The position numbers and the translations under genes were made by a program. The notes beneath the pieces are model-generated. The model saw only the letters and a list, made by a program, of their open reading frames with translations. It was not told the DNA's origin and made no database searches. 36,253 nt of DNA from Folioceros fuciformis (lineage: Eukaryota). This document shows, in pieces, positions 1 through 12,500 of this stretch. The stretch is from contig JBNGIO010004591.1 in the NCBI GenBank assembly GCA_049999805.1, positions 1-36,253 of the forward strand, written 5' to 3'. The stretch's first letter is position 1. Each line of letters begins with the position of its first letter.

Positions 1-916
1 GTACTAGTTGGCATAGACCTTGAAAACATGTTAGCTAGAAGCCAGCCTTAGGCTTATGGTTACGATACATCTTAGCACAAGCCTTAAAAAGGCTAGAAAA
101 GGCCTTGGAGCCAACCTTAAGCTTGCGGCTATAGTACTCCTTAACATAGGCCTTGAAAAGTTTAGAAAAGGCCTTGCCTATGGTCCCATGGGTCTTGATG
201 GCTAGGGGATGAAGTTGTGCCCCTACTACTACTTAGGAGAGTAGTTACTAAGTTTTGTTTTGACACATACTTCATTACCAAAACTTGTTCTCCTTGGCCA
301 AATAGTTCCTAGAGCAAAACACTATTGTGCAAAATATAAGGCAACCTCTCAAGAAAGAAGCCTTCTTTCTTGGCCAACGAGGAAATGTGACACATAGAAG
401 CCCCTCTCCTTGGTCAACAAGAACTCGACATTTCAATGAATAGCAATACGTGTAGCAATGTGATGGTAAGTAAGCAAGTGGGCTCCCCAAGACATTAAGG
501 ACTGGTCTATAGCTCCTAGCATGGAGAGAGTAGGCTAAAGTGTGAAGAAGTCTAAGATAAGTGCATAAGGCATAGTACGTGAAAAAAGAAATTAATACAA
601 TGTACAAGAATCATGAGTCCTTGAATTATTTGTTTGTGGAGGCATTTAAGGTCAACAATGTCCATTATATTACTCATGCACTTTAAAAAATAATGTTATA
701 ATAAAATACTAAAGCAAGCTCTTTAGCAATCCCATCAAAGATTTGGAGTACGCTAAAAAGTGGAGCCAACGTTGATGATTTTTTTTTTCTCTTTCGAAAC
801 CAAGGAAGACATCATCGATGTGATCGATTATGTACGATGAACTAGGAGGAAGGGATTTTCAATGATGTACACAATAAGTCCTTTGCAACCATCATCTAGA
901 AAAATTAATTTTTTTC

Positions 917-1061
917 ATAATGTTTAAAATTGTGGTAAGGAAATGTTTTGAGGTAGGCCAAGATTAGGATAATGTTTAAAATTGTGGTAAGGAAATGTTT
1001 TGAGGTAGGCCAAGATTAAGATAATGTTTAAAATTGTGGTAAGGAAATGTTTTGAGGTAGG
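917..1061. repeat. Tandem repeat, 52-bp unit, about 2.8 copies
   Basis: ataatgtttaaaattgtggtaaggaaatgttttgaggtaggccaagatt starts at 917, 969 and 1021. Confidence 0.95.
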
Positions 1062-2186
1062 AGCATTAAAATGTTTGGTTTTACCATCCTTTGACCGTAG
1101 TTTAGTTTGCAAATCATATTCTCTTTATTTACTATTGTAGTTTAATCCACCTTATAGGGTGCAAGAAAAATAATGTCTGCCTTCGAACTAAGAGCAAGTT
1201 TGAAAAAATCTCTAATTTTAAACTTAATCACTCCATAAAATTTTGCATTATGCTTTGCAAACTTATTTTTTCTTGGATTGATGTTGAAGTTACATTGCAA
1301 ATTATATAGCATTTCAGTTAACAATAGTAGAGTTATCTATGATTTTTACGTTCATTTGATACCTCGATGCTTGGTATTTAACCAAGACCTCAAGGGTTAC
1401 TGAATATAATGCTTCTCTTTTTAACATGATGACCCAATCATATCTAAAAAGCAATTTGTATATGAATCTCTAATGCTTTTCTAGTATTTTATTCTCATTA
1501 ATACATTTATAGAATGGATCTTAAATTTTGTTACCTTGGTATTGACAACATGTGAATAGAGTTATGCTAAAGCTATCAACTTGAAGCATGAAAGTTTTAG
1601 TGTATGAGTCAAAGGTTAAAAAAATTTATTTTCTACCACTTGTTCATACAATAGGCCCCTTTTAATTATAAAATTACAAGGTATTTAATATGTCATTTTA
1701 ATATTATCACCATCAAGTATATGGAGCAATGTATGCATTGCCTAGAAGTTAAAATGACTGGTCTATGGATTCAAAAAATGAGGGATAAAACTAAATCATT
1801 AACCCTTAAATGTTTGGAGCTTTAGACCCCTCCTTCCTTTTTTTGGACTAAGTCCTTTGCAAACAAAGAATTGCAAAATGATTCGATTCTTTTGAATTAA
1901 TATTGATTTTTTTTATATGGATGCATATTTTTTAGATTACCTTAAGTTCATATTTAAGTCCATCAATCATAGTCAACTTTCAAATGAGATCTAGGATTGC
2001 ATGTATCTCATACATATATCTTAAAATAAGAGCTTAAAGTAGATGATCTTAAGCTCTTATAAATTTAAGTCTTTAGGGTTACAAACCTTATACTCTTAAA
2101 CCTCATTTACTTACTCCATAAAACGAAAGTCCAACACATACTTTGATCACTCTAGGCTCTTAGGGCACATTATAAATCTCCACGGT

Positions 2187-2429
2187 GCCTCCTCTATAAA
2201 CCTTGCACTAAATCTTGTGCACCACTCACAAACAAAACACATGGAGGTGGAGTATTTTTTCATCAGAGATTTGATCAAGAGTGAATAGGTTCTACTCGAG
2301 TATGTGCCAACAGCAGAAAATCCAACAGATGTTATGACAAAAGCTCTAGGAAGGGAGCTACACGAGAGGCACATGAAAGGTCTTAGAATGGGGAAGCCTA
2401 GCGACTTCCTTAGTCCTGCTGCCTATTAA
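2187..2429 (+). mobile_element. Ty1/copia pol remnant (RNase H C-terminus)
   Basis: In-frame translation ASSINLALNLVHHSQTKHMEVEYFFIRDLIKSE*VLLEYVPTAENPTDVMTKALG matches the copia pattern H..TKHI.I.YHF.RD...L.YVPT..N.AD..TK.L; one internal stop; ends with TAA at 2427-2429. Confidence 0.85.
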
Positions 2430-4093
2430 GTTAAACTACTAGTCACATTCCCAGTTTACACTGTCTTCTTTCTCACTATTTGCGGGCACACTTACATGAC
2501 TGTCAAAGGAACCAGGCTCAGTGGAATTAGGGTCATTCTCGAAAGCAGTGGTGAAGCTTTCATCTGATATTGGGAAGTTCCTTTTTCTATGCTCCATATA
2601 AGAAATCCTCTCCTCAATCTCAAGGCTTCGCTCCTCTTCTAGCCTTGATTCAGATCATATAGAGCAAGTAGGAGCTTATCAAAGAACCGTGAGAAGTAAA
2701 TCAACAAGGATGCTAGCGTAAATAGTGGACAGGGTATATTTACAGTAGAAGCTGACTACATGGCGCTCGAACTCCCGGTAGTGGTTTACCCTCACTCGCA
2801 TAATCTTAAAGCGAGTGTATGGCACTTATACCACAGAGGGGTACAAGGAATTGCAATAGAACCAAGGCTCACAATCTTGGTTTCCTCATCTGAATTTGCT
2901 AGAACTGGAAACTTTATCAGCACAGCAGACCTATGATCAGAATCAGCATACGCATACTCACCATCTTTGAAGCGGAGCTTGTCACAATTATCTCTTGAGA
3001 ACAATTTCTCTTTAGGAGTTGCCACCTTACAGAGAGCTGCCTTACTGGTAGAGCCAATATTTGTGTGAGAGGCCGCAGTTCCTGTCAAGCGTTGTTGCTC
3101 CAGAAAAGCTCGAGTTGTGCCGCGTGGCCTCCCTCGCAGACGCTTTCCACCTCTTCCACCTCGAGCAGCAGGAGCAGGCATCTCTGCTGGCCTTTGTTGA
3201 TGAGAGCAGGTAGCTATTCTAGTCGGTTTGCTTGCAAACCACTCTAGGTTGTCATGGTGGCGGACGCGACGCTTTATAGGAGTGCAGTCAGTAGATGAGG
3301 ATGACATCTTGAGCTTAGAAATCCTACATCCCAACAGCTTACAAATGATAAGGCTTGAAGTTAATGGGATAAGTGCTGGAAATTACCTAAGGCACGTTTG
3401 GTTAAATAGGGTTAAAATCCACGCACCCATTCGTTTGGGTTACGATGTTTCATAGGCAACGTTTCAGTTAGTTCTTGTTGTTCATAAGATAAACTCATGA
3501 ATATACTTTTTTTTAAGAATATAATTAATTATTTTTATTTTTACATACATTTTCAATACTTTGAAAGAAGTGAAGAGACATGCTATAAGGGCTGCAACAC
3601 ACTTGTCAAAGTTTTTACAGATATGCTCCATCGCATTTCTTAAAATGCAAAGGTGTGGGTGCAATTCAGTAGACACACACATAGTGGAGCTTTACGCTCA
3701 GGTCATCTCACAGTCTCATACGCGACCCGTGGAGGAGAAGACGAAGAGGTAAGACATTTTAAACTATGTACACACTATATGAAACTAGATATAATATAAC
3801 CCTAATCTCATAATGCTAACATCACTACTCTTTCATATGCTACACAATGACCTCCTCTTCCATACCAATCTTCTAGTGACTCTTTCAATAACTATCTCTC
3901 TTGTAGTCTAAGTTAAGTCTTACTAGTACTCATACACTTTTGAACCAAAGGCAACATGCTCCTTATGCAAGCTCTCTTGTATACTTTAAATTATTTTGTT
4001 TAGGTGGTTTCATGAAATCATGAGCAAAGTTAGTGAAAATTTGACAATAATAATTAAGTAAGCACGCTACGATAACAACTACGAGTTGCACAT

Positions 4094-4193
4094 NNNNNNN
4101 NNNNNNNNNNNNNNNNNNNNNNNNNNNNNNNNNNNNNNNNNNNNNNNNNNNNNNNNNNNNNNNNNNNNNNNNNNNNNNNNNNNNNNNNNNNNN
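4094..4193. other. Assembly gap (100 N)
   Basis: Run of N. Confidence 1.
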
Positions 4194-4305
4194 GTGAAGA
4201 AATCAAAAACAAAAATAACGAGAGCATGGCATCGAGCATTAAGCATTCTAACCTTGTTGGGTAAGAAAGTCTACTATGTGGTTGACTAAAGAGATAGTGA
4301 TGGGC

Positions 4306-4485
4306 ACAAGTCATTCCAGAGGCACCTTCGACGAAGAGGCTAGGGCAATAACAAGTCATTCCAGAGGCACCTTCGACGAAGAGGCTAGGGCAATAACAAG
4401 TCATTCCAGAGGCACCTTGGACGAAGAGGCTAGGGCAATAACAAGTTATTCCAGAGGCACCTCCGACGAAGAGGCTAGGGCAATA
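4306..4485. repeat. Tandem repeat, 45-bp unit x4 (probably TE-internal)
   Basis: acaagtcattccagaggcaccttcgacgaagaggctagggcaata at 4306, 4351, 4396 and 4441; no spacers between units. Confidence 0.95.
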
Positions 4486-5520
4486 AAAGAGTCCCCTACG
4501 CAGATGGAAGGGACTCCTCCCTACAATGATAGAAAGGGCACTCTCTACAACAAGAGGGTTAGTGGAGTATCACCTTTTGTCTCCGTCACCCTCAATCGAG
4601 GATGGAGTGAACTATGAGAACTCTCTTAGTATCCCATCAATAGAGGAAGGGACAAATGGCATCACACGCAACAATAAGAAACTTCCTCCAGAGGGGCTCT
4701 TACCCAACAAAAATTCTTGACACTACTTTTGGTGATGAGTAGGGAGATACTAACACCGCGCACTGTGCGGATGAGCTGAACTCTTGGAAACCCGAATGAG
4801 AAGACAACTAGAATATAGGGTTAAGATATGTTGATACACGTAGATCTTTAATCCTTATTAGGCTACTGGAATAGATATAGACCTTTATATCATCTTTTGT
4901 AGTCTCGGGAAAATGGCGGTGGCTATTGTAAAAGTGGTCCCTCCAATGTCATCTTACAAGTAGCCTTTGAATTGTGGAAAAGATGTCACTTGTAAACTTA
5001 TAATCCTTCGATTATGGCGAAGTTGAGTTTCGCCTTCATAGCTTATCACGCAAAAAGATGTCTGGTTTTTTTTTTGTTTCGTGAAAAAGGTGATGTCTAG
5101 TTGAATAAGAAGAAAATAAAAGGAGGTTGGAGGTGGTTTGGTGGTGTAAATGAGAATATGAGCTTAGGGTGGTCAAGACGTTCAAGGAGGTGAGATAAGA
5201 GGAGTAGGGATTAGTGATCGAACTCAAGGGAAAGGAAGTGATGGTTTTGCCAATATAATAGGTGGTGTTATTAGAGGGATCGAGATTGGTCTTCGAATGT
5301 TGCACACATGGCTTGAGGGAGTGAAGACGTGGTATGTAAAGTGGGACAACAATGTTATGCACTAGTTTATTTTTTAATTTTTGTGTCATAGTGTAGCACA
5401 CTCAACATTGGGTGGTGCCTTAGCAAAGTGTAGCACACATTTAGTAATGATAACAATAACACTATGGCAAGTTGGAAGAAAACTAGCTAGAAGCTTGAAT
5501 GTTGGGTAAATAGCCAATGG

Positions 5521-5842
5521 GAATGTCATACTCATCAACAATTGTGCACAACATGTGGAGAAAGGTGGGTTTATGTAGAAAGGTGGATTTGCACTTGTAA
5601 AAGTACTAGTGTTAGGACACAAGTGCATAGTCAACTAGCTAGAAGCTTGGATGTGTTGAGATATTCGGCCCTCCTTATAAAGCGTAAAATAATGTCAAAC
5701 AGCTAACCTAAAATAAGTAGTTAGGGTTAGAAGGTAGTTACACGAATAACCATAATGTGTCACCCGCGCACGCAAAAAAATAGCTACTGCGAATGTCACA
5801 CTCGTCAACAGTTATACACGACATATGGAGAAAGGTGGGTTT
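5521..5842. repeat. Diverged direct repeat of about 52 bp, copies 270 bp apart
   Basis: gaatgtcatactcatcaacaattgtgcacaacatgtggagaaaggtgggttt (5521) versus gaatgtcacactcgtcaacagttatacacgacatatggagaaaggtgggttt (5791). Confidence 0.8.
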
Positions 5843-6148
5843 GCTCCCATGAAAGTGAGAGTGCCCCAACACAAGTGGAAGGTGTGTCACTGCTTCATAC
5901 GAAAGCGGGAAGTGGAAGCAATGCAGTTGCATGGAGACAAATGAAAGCTATGAAGATGAAATATATGAATATTCAGTAGTTACCATCAACTCCATGCTAA
6001 GAGAAAAACTAATTGACCTATGAAAATCACACTCGAACCAAGACAAAGAAGATTGCCGACATCCTAGTGAATGATTTGGCATTTAATGCATTGGACTATG
6101 TTGTGGGAATGCTCCTCAATCAAGTTTGCTCATCCAACATTTTGCAAT

Positions 6149-6224
6149 CCTATCCCTAGTCCAGATGCTTAATGGTAGACATGGAGCCTATCCCTAGTGA
6201 AGATGCTCAATGGTAAACATGGAG
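6149..6224. repeat. Tandem duplication, 38-bp unit x2
   Basis: cctatccctagt..agatgct.aatggta.acatggag occurs twice. Confidence 0.8.
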
Positions 6225-7014
6225 TGCCACATTGCAATAGAATTTGAGGAAGGGGCATTTGAGAGTTTGCTCTTATAGAAACTGATATTGTGGGATTGAA
6301 AACAATAACATAACCACATTTTTAGTATCTAGACATGTATGATGACCTGGATTTCAATCCAAAACTCCAAAATATTCGTTCTTGATTCGTCAAGCCATAA
6401 TACTTGCCGTTTTTTCCACGGCATCAAATGCTATGTCATGCCACGCCAAACCTTGCCTTGCCGAGACAGATAGAGCTGCCAAGCGTGCCGGGTCTTGAGA
6501 TGGTCAGGGATGAGATGCGGATCTGATTTTTGTTTCTACATATTTTGTCTCCCAAGCTTGCGTCAAGGTATGGCTAGATAGCTCTCTATTTCGACAATTG
6601 CTATAATCTCCACAAAGAGACATTAATCATACATGACTGAAACGGAGACCAAGACTTGACGGAGAAATGCAGGTCACAGGGTTGCTCTCAGTGCAGCCGG
6701 CGCTCGCCAAGGCTGCGGCGACCAATGGAGCGATCGACTGGTCTGAGAGCTATGGCATGTACACATAGAGATGGGGATGGGCCAGGCGGTGACCATTTCC
6801 CAATGACAGCCTGCAATACGAGCGTAGTACATGAGGATCCTACATGGGCAGCATAGAAGGAAATCTCCAATCATGGGGATTATAGAGTCTGGAAGAACTT
6901 ACAATTGCACCAGCAGCGCCAAAGAGAGAATGCACTGGGCTTTTGACGGCGTCCCTGGCCAGAACAGGAAGGAAGGAGGGAAGGAACAAGTCGAGCAGCA
7001 GGGCCTAACCATGG

Positions 7015-9195
7015 TCAGACAGTTGCCGTTGCAGACCGTCTCTCTAAGAAATGGTTGAGGACTATGTCCTTCACCACAGGATCCTGTTGCACCAACCGCT
7101 TGGCATGAAACTCTTCAGCTTCTTCCACCCTACCTGCCTCCCGCAGCACCTCTTCTATAGTAGCGGCACTCATACGAGTGATTTTTGTGCCCGACCTGAC
7201 CATCTCCTCATACACCTCCACGGCCATGGCCACCTCCTTCGCTTCCAAGCATGCCGCCATCACTGTTGTGAAGGCGAAGGCATTGGGAAGAGCACCCTTT
7301 TCAGGCATCTTCCGCAGAAGATCACGTGCCTCCTGCAGTTTGCCCAGGCGTCCCAAGGTCCGGAGGATCACTGCAAACGTCTGGTTGTTGGGCGGACAGC
7401 GAGCCTCCAGCATCTGCTCATACATGCTCATGGCCTTGTCATGCTCACCAGCCCTGCCCATGGCATCGATGAGGATGGTGTAGCTGATCTGGTTGGGCTG
7501 GCACTTGCATTCTGTCATCTGCTGAAACACCTGCAGAGCTCCCTCCAGGGCATTGGCCTTCACATAGGCGTTGATGATGGTGTTGAAGGTCACCACCGAC
7601 ACCTCCAGGCCCTGCGCCTGCATCTCATTCAGCAACTCGTCGATCTTCTTCAGATCACGGGCCTGGCCCACCAGGTCGATCACCTTGTTGTATTCATACA
7701 CGCTGTGTTTGTACCCTTCCTCGTTCTTCAGCCACTGGAAGAAGTTCCAAGCGGCATCCGGGTCTCTCACCCGCTTCAGAACCTCCACCACGAACTCGTG
7801 ACTCTTCTTCGAGATGCCCAGATGCTGGAGCACTTGCACGGCACTGGGACCCCAGTTGGACACCAGTCTCACCACGCTGTTCACACTCACATCAGCCGGG
7901 TTCAGCTTCACCACCTTCCCTCCCACTTGCACGTACAGCATCTTGCCCTGTTTCGGCTGGGGGCCTGGAGCTGCAACAACAGCACGAGCAGATACTGCAT
8001 TGCCTGACTCCTCTACTGCAACGCTGTTTGACGAGACTACTGCTGCTGCAGCACCATCCTCCTCTCTCTTGCTGCTCCTAGCTTGCACAGTGCCTCCATA
8101 AGCCTGCTTCATGAGTGCGTCAGCTTCCTGAGTTCTTCCCACCTTCTGCAAAGCCTTGGAAAGCAGCACGTACATGCTCCTGGCAGGCCTGAGGCCCGCG
8201 GCCTTCATGTTCTGCAGGCAGAGCAGAGCCTTGTCGGCCTCCCCGGCCTTGGCGTACGCAGAAATGACTGCACTGTGGGTGATGGCTGTGGGCTTGCACC
8301 CGGTCTCCGACATCCGCTGGAACAGCTTGTAGGCTTCTTCGAACTTCCCGGCCTCTCCCAGGCTGTGGATGAGGACGGTGTATGTATGGACGCTGAGGCG
8401 GCATCCGGCCTCCACCATGCGCCGGTACACAGAACTGGCATCGTCATGCCTTCCTGCCTTGGACAGCATGTCGATGAGCACCGTGTATGTCACCACATTG
8501 GGCTTACAGCCGGGGTTGGCAGGATCCACCATGAGCTCGAACACCTTGATCGCTTCCTCCACATTCCTGCTCCTCCCATAGGCTGTGATGAGCGCCGTCA
8601 TCACCACCGTGTTCGGCTTCACCCCAGCCGCCCGCATGTGCTGCAGCAGAGCGGGCAAGGTGGCCGGATCTCGGCCCCGCCCCAGGCAGTCGATCATGGC
8701 CGCGTATGTGTATACATTGTGGGTGAAGCCATCCTGGGCTGCCACCCACTGGAAGAATCCCCAGCCGGCCTTGGCAGACTTCACCTGCTTTAGCGCAAGA
8801 TTCACCACATAGCCCGTAAACCGGATTCCCAGAGCCGCCACCGCCTGCTCTGTCTCCGGGCTCCAGCCCTTCTCCCCTAGGATGTTGCTCACGCTTTGAG
8901 CAGCCTGATGATTCACGGGTGCCTGCAGAGGCGAGGAGGCAGCTGTCTCCTGCTGCTGCTGCTGCACGCAATGCAGCAACAGCCTGGACCTCTTTTGCTG
9001 AATGCAAGAAGAAATGCCATGTCCCTCGTCCAAGGATGCCAACCCAGTTCGCAGACTGCCGTGCCTGAACAGCAGCAGAGCTGAGCCGGAGCCTGAGCCT
9101 CCGGTCTGGTGCACCGGGAGCAGACTCGCCAACCTTGCCCGAGGAATCTGGTACCAGCTGCTGCCACTAGCCAAGGCTGGGCACATGGGTTGCAT
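7015..9195 (-). CDS. P-class pentatricopeptide repeat protein, two 6-motif tracts, probably organelle-targeted
   Basis: 726-aa intronless ORF, ATG at 9195; canonical 35-aa P motifs (e.g. VVTYTVLIDMLSKAGRHDDASSVYRRMVEAGCRLS, VVTFNTIINAYVKANALEGALQVFQQMTECKCQPN); S/R/A-rich N-terminus. Confidence 0.93.
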   Translation of the reverse strand: MQPMCPALASGSSWYQIPRARLASLLPVHQTGGSGSGSALLLFRHGSLRTGLASLDEGHGISSCIQQKRSRLLLHCVQQQQQETAASSPLQAPVNHQAAQSVSNILGEKGWSPETEQAVAALGIRFTGYVVNLALKQVKSAKAGWGFFQWVAAQDGFTHNVYTYAAMIDCLGRGRDPATLPALLQHMRAAGVKPNTVVMTALITAYGRSRNVEEAIKVFELMVDPANPGCKPNVVTYTVLIDMLSKAGRHDDASSVYRRMVEAGCRLSVHTYTVLIHSLGEAGKFEEAYKLFQRMSETGCKPTAITHSAVISAYAKAGEADKALLCLQNMKAAGLRPARSMYVLLSKALQKVGRTQEADALMKQAYGGTVQARSSKREEDGAAAAVVSSNSVAVEESGNAVSARAVVAAPGPQPKQGKMLYVQVGGKVVKLNPADVSVNSVVRLVSNWGPSAVQVLQHLGISKKSHEFVVEVLKRVRDPDAAWNFFQWLKNEEGYKHSVYEYNKVIDLVGQARDLKKIDELLNEMQAQGLEVSVVTFNTIINAYVKANALEGALQVFQQMTECKCQPNQISYTILIDAMGRAGEHDKAMSMYEQMLEARCPPNNQTFAVILRTLGRLGKLQEARDLLRKMPEKGALPNAFAFTTVMAACLEAKEVAMAVEVYEEMVRSGTKITRMSAATIEEVLREAGRVEEAEEFHAKRLVQQDPVVKDIVLNHFLERRSATATV

Positions 9196-9543
9196 CGCTG
9201 CCCGCCACGAAGTGATGCACCAGAGACGGCCTCAAGCTCTGGCTGATAAAATCGCCCCAACCATCTCTAGTGCCTTGCTTTTTGTATTTCAAGCTTCCAA
9301 CCGCCCAGAAGACGAGCCAACAGTAAGGTGTCCCTGTAGCACCAAGATTTCCAGAGATCAAGCAAGCAGTCAAATAATCCATTCTTAACAGGCCTCAAGG
9401 TGGCAAATGAATCATTGCTTCTAGCAATCGCTAGCAGTAGCTTGCTCGTATGACAAACCTTTACTGCCTGCACTTTGGGTGGGAAGAATGGTTCCGAGTT
9501 CACAACGTTGTGATCTCTCTGTTGTGTGCTACACGGGATAGAT

Positions 9544-12500
9544 ATGCCTGCACGTCTAAGTCAATCCTCTGCTCCGAGTGCTGACATTCGGAATCCGAGG
9601 GACGTCGGTGGTCTAAGAAGGACTCCTGCTCATCTGCGTTCAGGGAACCAACGGGTGTCAATTAATGAAGCAACCATGTGCAGCAGCTTTGCAAGGAATC
9701 CAGCTGCGTGGGATGCTCCGCTCGTTGATGGGCATACGGAGACGTGTCACCGGCAAACAGGTGCTCGTTCGTCTACCTGGAGCGTGAGGGATGATGGTAA
9801 CGTTCGGGGGCCTGCAGGATACGGAAGTGGCGTGACGGCTGAAACAGTGAGCAACCTATGTCAGCAGGGGAAGCTTGGCAAGGCCGTTGAGGGTCTGGAA
9901 GCATTGGCGCATGGAGGGTGTCATATTTCGAAATCTCTTGTCTATGCTGTGCTGAAAAGGTGTGTAGCTGAGAAAGATCTGCTTTCAGGCAGGCGTGTTC
10001 ATGCTGTAACCGTGAAAAAGGGCTATGGGTCGGACACGTTCTTGTGCAACCACATCGTGCGGATGTATACTGCTCATGGCCAGTTGCAGGAAGCGATGGA
10101 TGTGTTCACCGTGGTTGCTAGACCAGACGCGTTCATGTGGTCATCGGTTATCTCTGCGCATGTTAAGCACGGAAAAGATGAGCGTGCCATACGATTGTAT
10201 CATGGAATGTGCAGGTCTGGTGTGAAGCCTGATGGGCACGTATTTGTAGCTGCCCTTCAGGCTTGTGCAAGGGGAACGGACCTGAAATCTGGGCAGCAGG
10301 TGCATGCTAATGTGTTGGCCAGTGGGGTTGAGCCTAATTTGTTTGTCTGTAATAGTTTGGTGGACATGTATGTTAAGTGTGGCAGCTTGGAAGAAGCTCG
10401 AAGAGTGTTCGACGGAGTTGGTAAAAAAGATGTGGTAACGTGGACTACAATGATGCAAGGATATTCTCAGCACGGCATGGGGGCCGAAGCCCTTCGTCTC
10501 TACGCTGTTATGCAAGAAGAAGGCACCGAGGCACCAAATTCCATGACATTTGTCTGCCTCCTGCAGGCTTGTGCAAGTGTCGGCGCCCCAGCTTTGGCGA
10601 TGGGGAAGCAACTTCATGCACAGATCAGAGAAAAAGGGTACGAAGCAGATGGATTTTTAGCCAGCAGCCTGGTAGACATGTACGCAAAGTGTGGCAGCCT
10701 AGAGGATGCTCGGACCGTGTTCGAGGGACTTGGGCAACGTAATGTGGTGATGTGGACCGCTATGATAGCTGGATATTCCCGGCAGGGCATGGGACAGGAA
10801 GCCCTCAATGTTTACAGGGCGATGCAAGAAGAGGGTATTGTAGCACCCAACACTGTGACGTTTTTGTGTCTTCTACAGGCATGTGCAAGTGTCGGCCCTC
10901 CAGCTTTGGAGAGCGGGAAACACCTTCATGCGCAGATTAAAGAGAGAGGTCTCCAAGGTGACGTATGTATGGCAAGCACTGTGGTGGACATGTATGCCAA
11001 GTGTGGCAGCCTAGAGGATGCTCGGAGTGTATTTGACAAGATTGGTCAAAAAAATGTGGTCACGTGGAGTGCGATGATAGCAGGATACTCGCAGCAGGGC
11101 CAGGGGCAGGAAGCCCTGGACCTTTTCAGGGCTATGCAAGAAGAAGGCTTTGTCGCACCGAATTATGTGACATTTGTGTGCCTGCTGCAGGCATGTGCAA
11201 GTGTGGGGACCTCGGCACTGGAGAAGGGCAAGCAGCTTCATGTACAAATTAGAGAGCGAGGGCTTCAGGGTGATGCGTTTGTAGCCAACACTTTAGTGCA
11301 CATGTACGCCAAGTGTGGCAGCTTGGAAGACGCCCATAGCTTGTTTGATCAGCTTGATGAAAAAGATGTGGTGACGTGGAATGCCATGTTAGCTGCGTAC
11401 TCCCACCGAGGCCTTGGCCATGAAGCTCTTTCTCTTTATAGTGATATGCAACAAGAAGGTTTGGCTGCACCTGATTCTTTGACATTTGTGTGCCTACTGC
11501 AGGCCTGTGGAAGTGTGGGCATCGTGGCTTTGGAGATGGGGAAGAAGCTCCATGAACAAATTCGAGATCGGGGGCTTCAAAGTGAAGTGTTTGTAGCCAA
11601 CGGTTTGGTAGACATGTATGCAAAGTGTGGCAGCTTGGAAGATGCTCTGAGGGTCTTTGATGGACTTGGTCAAAAAGATGTGGTGGCTTGGACGGCCCTA
11701 ATTTCAGGATTTTCTCAACAGGGTATGGGCCAGGAAGCGCTTCGACTGTACAATGCTATGCAAGAAGAAGGCATCTCTGTACGCAATCCAGTGACATTTG
11801 TGTGCCTCCTGCACGCATGTGCAAATGTGGCCGCGTTGCATACGGGAAGGCAGCTACATGCCCAGATTGAAGAACAAGGGCTTCAATCCGAGGTGCTTGT
11901 GGCCGGCAGTTTAATAAACATGTATGGGAAGTCCGGGAGCATGGTTGATGCACAGAATGTGTTTGACGGAATGACCGAGAGAGATGTTGCGACGTGGAGA
12001 GCACTGATCGCAGGCTATACCTGCCAGGGAGACAGTGATGTAGTCTTTGACTTGCTTCACAGAATGAGAGAGGATGGCATACAGCCAGACGGTATTACAT
12101 TCCTTAATGTGCTGAAAGCCAGCAGTCACGTAGGTCTACTGACAAAGGGGTGCAAGTTTTTTGAGGCCATGAGCAAACACTACGACGTTACTCCAACCGT
12201 GGAGCATTACACATGTATGGTTGATCTCCTGGGCCGTGCAGGCCAGCTGGATGAGGCTCTATGTTTGGTGAGGACAATGCCTGTACTGCCCAGCTCTATT
12301 ATTTGGCTCACTCTGTTGGGTGCTTGCCAAAAGTGGAGCAACCTGGAGATAGGAGGCCATGCTTTCCATGAAGCAGTTAAGCTGGACGAAAAAGATGCTG
12401 CATTGTATGTACTGATGGCTAACATATATACTAGTGCCGGCATGTGGGAGCAAGCACAAGGGATGCACTCGAAGAGGAAAGGAATCAGGGCATGGAAGCA

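Noticed and set aside
1-900. Possible decayed transposase or other TE coding remnant
   Set aside because: No diagnostic motif could be read in any frame
4306-4485. CRISPR-like appearance of the 45-bp array (also the 36-, 44- and 52-bp arrays)
   Set aside because: Units are head-to-tail with no unique spacers, there are no cas genes, and the context is eukaryotic
7051-8793. Long plus-strand ORFs (318 aa and 236 aa) opposite the P-class PPR
   Set aside because: Antisense shadows of a GC3-rich coding strand; no recognisable domains
9526-9543. ORF-track start of the PLS-PPR at 9526
   Set aside because: The codon is GTG; the first in-frame ATG is at 9544
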